Assembly: GCA_012295275.1 (NCBI GenBank) | Contig: CM022674.1 | Span: 14,260,001-14,324,000 of the forward strand | Direction of reading: 5' to 3' | Length of the DNA: 64,000 nucleotides | Source of the DNA: Chrysomallon squamiferum | Lineage: Eukaryota > Animalia > Mollusca | Part shown: piece by piece, positions 26,001-37,635 of the stretch | How positions within the stretch are numbered: the first letter of the stretch is position 1 | Layout of the letters: every line of letters starts with the position of its first letter | Translations under genes and position numbers: made by a program | Notes under the pieces: model-generated | Database searches by the model: none | Told to the model about the DNA's origin: nothing | Seen by the model: only the letters and a program-made list of their open reading frames with translations

Positions 26001-26324
26001 TGTGTACCATTGTGTGTGTATGTGTACCACTGTGTGTATGTGTACCACTGTGTGTGTATGTGTACCACTGTGTGTGTATGTGTACCACTGTGTATGTATG
26101 TGTACATGTACCACTGTGTGTATGTGTACCACTGTGTGTGTGTGTATGTGTACCACTGTGTGTGTATGTGTACCACTGTGTGTGTATGTGTACCACTGTG
26201 TGTGTATGTGTACCACTGTGTGTGTATGTGTACCACTGTGTGTGTATGTGTACCACTGTGTGTGTATGTGTACCACTGTGTGTATGTGTACCACTGTGTA
26301 TGTAAGTGTACCACTGTGTATGTA
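20025..26324. repeat. 6.3-kb satellite, 18-22-bp unit (GTACCACTGTGTGTGTATGT), roughly 300 copies
   Basis: Directly visible. It causes the 1000-2100-aa HT/VC-rich ORFs on both strands. Confidence 0.97.
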
Positions 26325-26661
26325 AGAAGAAGAAGAAGAAGAAGAAGAAATTATAATAATAATAATAGTAAATAAAAATCTTTAAAAGATGGCTGAACGA
26401 CAACAGTTTGGCTACAGTGGACAATGTGCAGTAGAATAAATATGCCTGAGATACCGAATCACAGACTATTATTTTACTATTTACAATTTTTAGAATTTTG
26501 GCAACTGAAAGAAAATTAAATGTCTTGAAAATATCATTAGTTTTAATATCTACGTTTAAAAATATGAATGTTCGTTTTTTTAAATCTATGTATTAAAGAT
26601 GAAATTTCGTTCTTTGAAAACGAGATTTGTAATGAAAAATTAAAAATCAGAATCGACTTAC

Positions 26662-26830
26662 CTGGGCTGTAGTACAACTGAAGTGATTTCACTGGCGATG
26701 TTTACTTGTTTGGTCTGGCAGCGTGAACTGCGGTAGGTTGGTACATAATGTCTCTATGACAACCGGCTATTCTTGGAAAATTCAGAATGTCTGGGAAAGA
26801 CTTCAACCGGAAGCGCAATATGGGAGACTA
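26662..26830 (-). other. Probable non-coding first (5' UTR) exon of the NIT-GC gene
   Basis: Consensus donor CCAG|GTAAGT on the minus strand at 26662/26661. The first coding exon has an acceptor (tttcag) 2 nt upstream of its ATG, so an upstream exon is expected. The upstream boundary is a guess. Confidence 0.5.
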
Positions 26831-27672
26831 AAGTGGGATGGTCGGTGTGAGCCAGGAATAGTTAAAAAACAAATCTACGTTAAAAACAAGTCTAAAATGA
26901 ATAATTATATACTTTTAAAACTAACACGACTTTCTAAAGTAAAGACGATGACGACAAAGAAAGAAAGTTTAAAATGAACCGCTAGAAGGTAACAGCTGAG
27001 TAACACGACTCTACTTGAACTAACGTTCTTCCTGTAATCCTCGCAAATGTCAGGAATGTGTATATTACGTCTGAAAAATAAGCCTACAAATATCTGTCCT
27101 TAATCTTTTATTTTATGAGAAAATATTTAATTTTTCAATAGCTGCAAGCAGTTACTGAACATTTTAAAAATGAATTAACAAAAATCTTTTCATTTTCTTT
27201 CCACTGAACACATATGTTCCCGTGCATAAACAAATGTACGTACTTTACATACATGTATACCCATATACATTCATCCACAAATACATAGAGAAATACATTC
27301 GTGTACATCATAAACATTTGCATCTGTGAATTCGTTCATACACAAACTTACAAATGTATGGAGAGATGTTTAGCCAGTTGTGAGGGAAAAGAATAAAATA
27401 AGCTAGTTTTTTGTGTGTTTTTTTTTTGGGGGGGGGGCTGTTGTTTTGGGTTTTTTATTTATTTATTATTATTATTATTATTTTAATCTTTTTATAGGTT
27501 TTATTTTCAGTACGGGACACTGTGTATATAGGTTGTGCTTCTAACCGCATCTCTTCAGTTAATTCGCCATCTCTTCATGTGATGAATTTCTTATATGCTT
27601 GGATCTTTTCAATACAGGTACATGCTTATTTCAAATGATTTTTATTTTTATTTATTTATTTATTTATATATA

Positions 27673-27710
<38 letters not shown>

Positions 27711-28105
27711 GTGGTGGTGTAGTAGTAGTAGTTGTAGTATTTTTAATAATTAAAATTAAAATAATTAAAAAGTGCTATATACTTGCTACATTTGTATTTA
27801 GCGCCATTTTCGCGGATTACTACTTTTATTATTAAATATTTAAATTTTATGACAACAAAACATGACAGAAAAGGCATTAATGTATCTTTAACACCTAACA
27901 ATATTTTACAACACTTGTCAGCTTACAACAAAGATGCAAATTTGTTCCTGTTGAAGAATGAAGAACTATTTGACATAAAAAATGTAAAAACAAATGTAAA
28001 CATAGCGCAAGGATAATAGCGGTTACGCGTCCTGCCACCTGTTTGCAAGTAAAACATCTGGATAACGCGACAGCGAAGGGCTGGTCGGTTAATGGATTCA
28101 GACAC

Positions 28106-29021
28106 ATGTCGTTACAACACATTGTCGGGTCTCTACGGGTGCACGTCCCGAGCACGATCAAACGGGGCGTGTCCCATAACGCGATCCGGCCGGGCTTGGT
28201 GGGAATGGTGGGCCGGACGCCGCTCGTTAAACTACAAAAACTCAGCGAGGAAACTGGTTGTGAAATCCTGGCGAAAGCGGAGTTTTGTAACGGTGGCGGA
28301 TCCGTTAAGGACCGGGCAGCTTTTTTTCTCATCAAGGACGCACAGAGGCGCGGCTTGATTCGTCCCGGGGGTACGGTGGTAGAGGGTACGGCCGGCAACA
28401 CTGGAATTGGACTGGCTCACATGTGTTTAGCTTTGGGATACAAATGTGTCATCTACATGCCAGACAACCAATCGTGGGTGAGATAACAAGTTGCTACAGT
28501 AATCTTATAAAAATGGGGTGACGTAATCCTAAGAAATAATCAGACATATGAGAACAATATTATAAAGCTCTGAAATTATACATTTCTATCATAAATTATT
28601 TGTGGTTATTTATTTATTTATTTATTTTTGTATTAAATTATTCCGAATGGGGGCGCTAAAATAATTTAACAGTAATATTTTTACATAATATCGTTTTCAA
28701 TTTAACTTTAAAATACTGAATTTCTTCTACTTCTTCTTCTGTTATTATTATTATTTGTTAGTCCCCATAAACGTTGGTAGAAATAACTCAAATAAAAGTA
28801 ATTTTAAAAATGTATGCTGATATTCTTATGCTAGCATTCGTTGGTTCTTTAATGAAAAATGAATCGTAAGATGACCTAGTTTAGTTCAGAACACAGACGG
28901 CTAAACAGTTTCATTGTCAAGGGTTGTAAACGGGTTTGTTCATGTAAATACAGTGTCAATAAAGAAGTGATAAAACTTGAAAACGATGTAGTCTCAAACC
29001 TGAATTTAGTGTCGTTTTAAT

Positions 29022-29100
<79 letters not shown>

Positions 29101-29276
29101 AATAGTTAAAACACAGATGGAATGTTAAATATCGGTCAACAATAAGGTCACAAAATAGACCAATCTAACTCAATGTTATCTGTGTCAGGAGCTGATCAAG
29201 TGTTTCAAAAAAGGGTACCGTCTTTGTGTTACGTTTAGGATGAAATAATTTTGATTGAACAGAAGACGCTCACTAT

Positions 29277-29320
<44 letters not shown>

Positions 29321-29342
29321 ATAATAATAATAAGAAGAAGAA

Positions 29343-29373
<31 letters not shown>

Positions 29374-30632
29374 AAGAAGAAAAAATTTATAAATATATCG
29401 CGTAGCCCGTTAATTTGCAAGTGATTAATGTAATAAAATATACAGAATTGATTTGACTTGTAAATCCGGTTCTACAACTTTCCTGTGGTGCTGTATGTTT
29501 ATAAGGAACAAAAATAATTTAATAACGCCTCTTCTTCATCTGTTTTATCTAATTCTATTTTGTTTTATATTTTTTATTTTTTTTTTTTTTATATTATATT
29601 ATTATTTCAGTAGCTCTGTATTTGCCAGTAAGAATTTTATTCATCTGATAATCAATAAACAGTAGCATTAAACTTTTTGAAACTGCTTTTCTATCTATTT
29701 ATTTAATTTTATTTTTGTTTTTATTGTTATTATTATTATTATTGTTGTTGCTGTTGTTATTATTATTGTTATTGTTGTTGTTATTATTATTGTTGTTATT
29801 GTTGTTGTTGTTATTATTATTATTATTATTGTTGTTATTATTATTATTGTTATTGTTGTTGTTATTATTATTGTTGTTGTTATTGTTGTTGTTGTTATTA
29901 TTATTATTATTATTATTATTTAAGGAGAAGATAAACGTGCTACGCACTCTTGGAGCAGACGTGACGTCAGTTCCGGTTGTTCCGTGGTCAGACGAAGCTA
30001 ATTTCAACCATCAGGCCCGGCGTTTCGCGGAGAGCCTCGATAACGCAGTCTGGACCAACCAGTTTGATAACACGGCTAACAGACAAGCACACATCGAGAC
30101 TACTGGTCCTGAAATCTGGGAGGAAACAAAGGGCAAGGTCAACGCAGTCGTGTTTGGGACGGGAACCGGGGGGACGCTGGCTGGCGTGGGGATGTATCTC
30201 AAAGACAAAAACCCAAACGTGAAAGTTTTCCTGGCTGATCCAGAGGGAAGCGTGCTGTACAACTGGTTTAAACACGGCAAGCTCGAGAGAACGGAAGGTT
30301 CAACCATAACGGAGGGGATAGGTCAAGGACGAATTACAAAAAACCTAGAGGGCGCACCTGTTGATGACGCCCTTGCTATTCGTGATACCGAGGCCGTGAC
30401 CATGACCTTTCGTTTACTGCACGAGGAGGGGTTGTTTGTTGGCGGTTCCACAGGACTAAATGTCGCAGCGGCAGAAAAAGTAGCCAGAATTATGGGCCCT
30501 GGTCACGTGATTGTCACATGCTTGTGCGACACTGGTCAAAAATATCACGCAAAACTATTTAGCAAAAAGGTTCTGGAAGAAAGGGGTTTACTGGACAGTA
30601 TACCAGAAAAGTATAGAATTTCCTTACACTGA
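28106..30632 (+). CDS. Cysteine synthase (PLP-dependent O-acylserine sulfhydrylase, fungal Cys1a/CysB- and alphaproteobacterial-like), ~359 aa
   Basis: Exons 28106-28477 (TGG|gtgaga) and 29925-30632 (ttaag|GAG), phase 0. Motifs: [25 protein letters not shown] (PLP lysine), [57 protein letters not shown]. There is no N-terminal heme motif and no C-terminal CBS domain, so it is not cystathionine beta-synthase. Confidence 0.93.
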
Positions 30633-33600
30633 TATTTATAGTAATTACATTTTATATCATTATTAACATAATATTCAAGAGACAAATACAGTGATGAAAG
30701 CCGACATATCGCGTACTTCTCACTCCTTAATTCTAAAAAAACTATCTTGTTACTATATTAGTTTATATGTATGTACACACGCACGCACATGCATATACTA
30801 TTTACTACGCAACTAGATTTTTTTGTTATATTGTAATAGTTATCATGTTTTCTGTTATTGAAGAATTTGTATGTTTGGTTTTAAAAGTATCATAATCATT
30901 GAAGGTAATGGAATGCATGTTGTATGTCTGTGGTTGTGTCAACGTGACTGTGAGTAAATATATTTTTTATACTTCCAAATTGTTATTTGTTTCTTATGAC
31001 ATTGTATTTTTTGACGGAGAAAATTTTGTATGCTTCCAAATAAATATTATTACCGTATTTATTTTAAATGTCTGTGGTTGGTTAACAAAAAACCATGGCT
31101 GAATATATTTTTTCGAACTAAAAATATTTGTTGTGAAAGAAATTTTCAAAGAGAATACTGTATGCATGTGTACGTATCTATATATATATTCTGCTCCTAA
31201 CACTTTTTACTTGTTATCTATTGGTGCCAGTAGCTGAAAAATAAATTATATTAACATCATAAGTATTGTTTTATTTGTTTCTTTTTAAAAACGTATGTTC
31301 TGTAATAAGAAAAACTGTTAAAATATATGTTCTGGATTTAACAAATGTATAAATAAATTTTGTTTCTTCCTGTTTGAAAATGCAGACCGATCTTTACTAA
31401 TGATAAAGTGTGATACATCCAGGACAATCTTTGATACTGTCCAGTTCTTTCTTTCCTGATTATTTGTAGTATCACGTCTTACATAAGCATACATCTGAAT
31501 TATATACAAACTTATGTAACAAAATAGGAAATATGAGAGATGAACTTTTACATCTAAAGTAAAATATCACGTGCTGTAGTAATAGCAAGTTTCTTTTTTT
31601 CTTTAATCACCGAACAAAAATAATTAAAACCATTAGAATGTATTAGACAGGGTCGTATCTATGGAAACTCACAAACACAATCGGTCCACTTATTTACTGT
31701 CCATACAGAATATATACGAAAATGTATTTTAATAAATTTACAAAATCCGAGTTTTTCAAATATTAATCAGTTTATCGGGACATTTATTTTATAATTATTA
31801 GTTTTGCATCGCACACAAGTTTATAAATAGAATATTTAAATATTTAAGATTTGTCTTTTATTTATTTTCTTAATGGTTTGATAAAAGACAACTGCTGTCG
31901 ACACACAATGGATTAATCACCCACCTGCAGCAAGCAATATTTTTCAAATATGGTGGAACACAGTGGTTGTGTTGTTTTATGATGCAGTGGATTGTTGGCT
32001 CCTTTAAATTGTCAGTTGTTCCAGCCATATACAAAGGACAAGGCAGGTAATACATATAAAAAGATTCCTTGCTGCTAATAAGAAAGAGTAACCCATGAAA
32101 TGATAACAGTGGCTTTCCTTCCTCATTATCTGAATGTCTGAAATACTACATAATGTAGAGCTATTAGTTGTTAAGTAAGGTATTTTTTTGTTCTTCCAGT
32201 ATAAACGGGATAAACCACACAATGTGTTTGGAACGGGATATTAACTCATTAACACTTCACTGGGTTAAGTAAGAATTCACAAAGTTAAGTAAGATTACAG
32301 AAATCTCAATTTTGTTATGAATATTCATAATAATTATACACACCCCTGACAAAGATAACATTCAGATTAGTCTATTCTGTGACCTAACTGTAAACAAATA
32401 TTTAACATTCCTTAGGAGTCTGAACTGATATTTGTTCAGTTAGATTTATTAAAATGAGAATTAACAAAAACTTAACAAACTCTACCCCTCTGTTCTTAAC
32501 CAAATACTGAAAGATAAAACCTTACTAAACCAGACACCTCTCTAATCCACACTTATTAATATGGTCCTGACAGTACTTAATTTTGAGATGTTTCACTCTA
32601 TTAGAAGAAAAAACATATGATAAATAATTTGTAATAAAATAAAAACAAATCTAACAAACAGCTGATACAGAACAACTGATTATATATTTATATATATACA
32701 TTTTATTTTATTTTATTTTTTTGTAACATATATAAAAATATCAATGGGAAGAATGTACTGATGGTGGACTTTTAAAGAATGTTAAATACCAATTAGAAGA
32801 ATGTAATTATGTGTGAATATGAAAACCTGTGATTTTTAAACATTAGAAAAATCTATAAATGAGAAATGTGTAGTAAATAGTGTTTAATTGGTTTGTTTAT
32901 CTAGTAATAAATAATATTTGAAAAAATAAAATATAATATTAATGATAGGAAGAACATATAACTGACATGAAATTTGTTCTGAAACAGTAACACATCAAAT
33001 TTCATTCAAGCAAAATGTGACAATGAAAATATGTTTCTATTTTACTTTTGGTTCAAGCACATATATTCTGCACACATCATGAGATAACAGTGTTTAAATC
33101 AGTTTTAATTAAAAAACACATTGTGAGTCTCAGTCACAGCATTTTATCAGAATGTTCAACCACACCTGTCATGGACACAACCTGAAAAAACATTTTACTC
33201 CTTATACACAGAAACACACGTACATACATGATGAATGCTTACATTTATAAATATACAAACCTACATAAACAGATATACAAGTGATTAAATGCACATCACA
33301 TGACAGTGTACTTAAGTAACGTAGTTATATCAGTGAGATATATTTCTAACTCAGTCACTGGTGCTCATTAATACCACAACCTACCAATACAAATTGATAA
33401 CAATTACCATCCAATCACAACGTCTGTTCTTAAACAAGTATATACAGTCAACCAATGAGGACTGCTTTCTCTGATGTACATATTTATCCAGTGAGAATGA
33501 TTGTTATGAAATGTCAGTGCAGAGAGCCAGTGAAATTTGTTTTTATCCAGTGACAGGATCTGTTGTGCAGGATGCAGTCCAATGAAAGGAGAGATATTGG

Positions 33601-35086
33601 TCACATGACTGGTGGTTCTGGGTTCAGTTTTAACTCGTCTACATGGATGCTGACAATGTGCTGTCCTGGAACCATGGCCAGTCCCAGAACTCTCGGCTCT
33701 TCTTTTTCATGAGTGTCTGAAACATACAGAGATACGAAGTTATAAACATTTATTACACAAAGAAAAAGATATGTACCTCTGAAACATTCATACAAAACAA
33801 ATAAAAATAGAAACCATAAACATGTATACACAAACAAAGTGATATATATGCACATAAACACAAAGACAGTGAGATATATATTTATGTTAAAATGTAATAC
33901 AGAATATCAGTTCCTAAGTAAAAACGTTTGTCTAAATGATCTGTTCCTTAAATTGATTATTCGCAAATATGATACATAAAGATCAATACTGCTTAACTGC
34001 ATGATTCAGCACGCACACATACACACACTCCCTCTCTCTCTTTCTTTCTTACACAGGCAGATCCATATTCACATATCAGTTCCATGGATTACTATTTTAT
34101 TTTAACTCACTAAAACCAGTCAGCTGTGGGTACAGGATACGTCAAGATGTAATATTTATTTTCTGAAACCTGTAGTGCAGCACATACCTGGAGATTTGAC
34201 ATACTCTTCACAGGAACCCAGAATTACATTTCTGTCTCTGTCTGTGCACAGAAAAACTCCTGTAAAACAGAAATAAATAGAAAAATTCAGATTTCATGAT
34301 TTTCACGATCAGTACATTTTTGAACCCATAATTTCTCAAGAAAATTCTTCCCTTCACAATTTAAATTCCCTTTAATAAATTCTCAATGACCAATGTCATT
34401 TCAAAATCATATACACCTTACAATGGTACAAGAAATACAACAACAACAATTACAAATATTCACCTATAAGTGTTCTACCATCTGTCATCTGTATTTTCAT
34501 ATTCCTGTTCAGCCATCTTTCCAAACATTTTCTGCCATCCTGTTCATCTTTTGTTGATGATGCTGGCGCCTAAATAAATAAATAAAATAAATAAAATAAG
34601 TTGATAAAGTATAAAATCAATTATTTACTTTGTTAAATGAATTATATTCTCATAATTCTGAAAGTACTTTAACAAAATAATATAATAATAATAAAAAATA
34701 AATAAATAAATGAAAAAGAAATTTGATTCTAAGAATCTAATTATGACTGATGACATTAACAAAATATATTTTGCTATTATGCAATGTATTCAAAGTGTGA
34801 AATAGACACTGTATTTGAAATCAGAATTGATACATTACGATATAATAAAGTTCTATGTTAAGATTAAATAAACATGTCAACGATCTTGCGATGTGTGTGA
34901 ATGACACTCTCAGAGTCAAAGCAAACTGAATCAAATTAACGAAAGAATGTAATGACGTAAGCTCATAACTTAGAACACTTTAAATTAAAAATTATTATGG
35001 GTATCTATTGGCAAAATATTGCTATGTTTAACACTGAAACCAAAATTAATTTCAAAACAAACAACCACCTCGCTTTCACCGGCCAT
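33601..35086 (-). CDS. NAA38: N-alpha-acetyltransferase 38, NatC auxiliary subunit (LSMD1, Sm-like), 103 aa
   Basis: Exons 35086-35069, 34569-34464, 34259-34188, 33716-33601 (312 nt). Protein: [103 protein letters not shown]. The Sm1 ([16 protein letters not shown].NVILG) and Sm2 ([12 protein letters not shown].HIVSI) motifs are typical of NAA38. Confidence 0.93.
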
Positions 35087-35190
35087 GTTTCTGTTTCTGT
35101 TTCTACTTTCGACAAATAAATAGCGCTCCTGACTGATTAAAAGTTAAAAACAAATAATAATAATAATAATAATAATGATAATAATAAAAA

Positions 35191-35221
<31 letters not shown>

Positions 35222-35597
35222 AATAAACGTCGAGGCTTATTACTATATTATATTAATATTTTAAATAATGTCGATAGAGAGGAAGACAAAGAAAGAAATA
35301 ATATAACTTTTATTTGAGTATTGATACCCATAATACAATCTGTAATAAGCAAGTAGATAACTCATTGATGTAACTCTGTTTGTGAATTTAAATAAACATT
35401 TTAAGACTTAAATTTTAGTTTAGTTTCCAGAATTTAGGGCCACCGACGAATTACAACGTACCATTACTCTTACAAGTCAATAGTAGCAAGTCCACGTTTT
35501 AAGCCTTATCTTTTGTGACAAATTTCCGCATCCGGTTCTACTGTTTATATTGGCAACAGTCAATTTTCCTATTTTTCACACACACACAAAAACAAAA
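35087..35597. promoter_or_regulatory. Bidirectional promoter region between NAA38 and CYB5D1
   Basis: The two start codons are ~510 bp apart, head-to-head. An RFX-like half site (TGGCAAC, ~35551) lies just upstream of the ciliary gene CYB5D1. Confidence 0.6.
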
Positions 35598-35912
35598 ATG
35601 GCTCGTCCAAAGTATTTCACGCCTAATGAAGTTTCGGTGCATAATACAATGGATGATTTGTGGGTATCCTTTCTTGGAAAGGTATACAATCTGACCCCAT
35701 TGTGTGAGAAATACAAAGGTATTTATTTTACCCTTTACATTGTGATTTATTTTGTAAAACAGACTCTAGCTGACAGACTCATGTTGTAGTTATTATTGTT
35801 GTTGTTGTTGTTGTTGTTGATGTTTTTACTGTTGTTATTGTACTTCCTTGATTCTTCTTCTTCTTCTTCTTATTATTATTATTATTATTAAAACAAAATA
35901 TATTAATGATTA

Positions 35913-35985
<73 letters not shown>

Positions 35986-37635
35986 TCAGCTGAGAAAAAA
36001 TGAGACAGGAAAAATTGCATAGCATATATTATTATAGTAGGTGTATTTTATAAAATTTGTGACTGTCAAATTCTTAATGACTAATAAAGTTAATATAGTG
36101 AATGGCTTGTTGTATGTCCAAGTACATAGGAAAATAAAACATTTGAATATAGAGAAATTTATAAATAGAATATTTATAATAATTTTGACATCTAAAAATT
36201 AAATTTACTTTATTAAACTTTTTCCATGTTTTAGGTGATGTTTTGTTAAAGCCAATTATTCAGTCAGCAGGGAAGGACATTTCCCATTGGTTCAATCCCA
36301 AAACTAAAGAGGTGAGTTCACAGTTTATTACAAATGTGATTGTGAGCATTGTTTGCTACACTTATAACTTTACTTATCCGCTTAGATTATGTCTAGTGGG
36401 AAAAAGTGGCAGAGCAAAATTAAGGTAATTTTATATATATGTATGTATACAAAAACTCTCTCTCTCTCCCTCCCCCTCCTCTCTCTCTCTCCCTCCAAAC
36501 TTTTCACTGTTTCATTAATTCTCTTTATTTTTAGTCTTTTATTTTAAACTCTTCATTAATGACATAATATTTAAAAAAAAAAAAATTTGAATTGTTAGAG
36601 ATGTAAACAATACCTAGCCAGTATCATGCTCGGCTTATGAAAACATCATATATAGGAAATTCTGTTACAGTTTGATTTATTGTGACACTAAGTGGTCACC
36701 TTAGGAACAGGGTGAGTTAAAAATCATAACAATTGTTAACAGTCATTAAACATACACAAGCGATTAATAAACATCATGTTTAAAAATTTCCCTCTTGCAG
36801 ATTCGAACTCATGTCGATCCACTGACAGGATGTGTTATACCTTTCTGTCCAAATGGACGTTTTGTTCATATTCCTCCCCCCTACCCAGATTCGGACTGGG
36901 CAAATGACTTTGGTCGACCTTGGTGGAAAGATTCCAGCTATATGGTTGGAATTTTATCGCAGAAGACAAGATTTATCAAAATTATAAACACACTGACGTC
37001 CCAGGAACAAGTGATAGAGGTAAACATCACCTTGCACCAGTATAATTATATCTTTAGACTCTAATTTCACACTAATTTAAAAATGTCCTACATTATTTGT
37101 GTGTGAGAGAGTGTGATAGTTTGATATAATCTTAAAAAATATCTTTTTAGGAAAACAACATTTTAGTGGTTTTTATGTACAGTTTGATATTTATAAAGTT
37201 TTCAAGGTTGAGTCAGCAACTGGCAAATTGCCAAATCTTCATTCAGTCAAGAATATTTAATTTTTTTTTTTTTAACTTTATAATTAGAAAAGAGTGCTTA
37301 CAAGATATATTCCAAACATTTCAAAAGCATTTAAAATATGTTTAAGCTTTTCACATTTTTTTAACTTTCTTTCTTTCTTTCTTTTTTTATTTTTATTCCC
37401 AAAGGTTTGCTCAGAAGAAATTTTAGATGAAATCCTGGAGAGGTATTTGAAGTACAATGCCCACGCAGCCAGTTACACGTGGAAGTACGATCGCAGAAAT
37501 CTCGACATGAAAAAGACTCTGGCAGAAAATGATATTCGAGATGATGATGAAGATTTTTACATTCTCAGTATGAATGATGACAGTTTCCTGCAGGCAATTC
37601 ATCTGTACTTCAATGATGACCTCACAGAAGCATAG
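35598..37635 (+). CDS. CYB5D1: Cytochrome b5 domain-containing protein 1 (ciliary radial-spoke protein), 215 aa
   Basis: Exons 35598-35718, 36235-36311, 36801-37019, 37405-37635 (648 nt). Motifs: [11 protein letters not shown]...[59 protein letters not shown], and the C-terminal [11 protein letters not shown] characteristic of CYB5D1. Confidence 0.94.

Noticed and set aside
19946-26424. Giant ORFs (up to 2141 aa, HTQWYTYT/VCVPLC repeats) on both strands
   Set aside because: Translation of a stop-poor 20-bp satellite. It is open in several frames at once, has no unique domain, and sits inside the probable NIT-GC intron.
28043-30632. Bacterial contamination or a very recent horizontal transfer of cysK
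   Set aside because: The gene has a GT-AG intron with host-type microsatellites and sits among animal genes. An ancient origin by transfer cannot be judged without a phylogeny.
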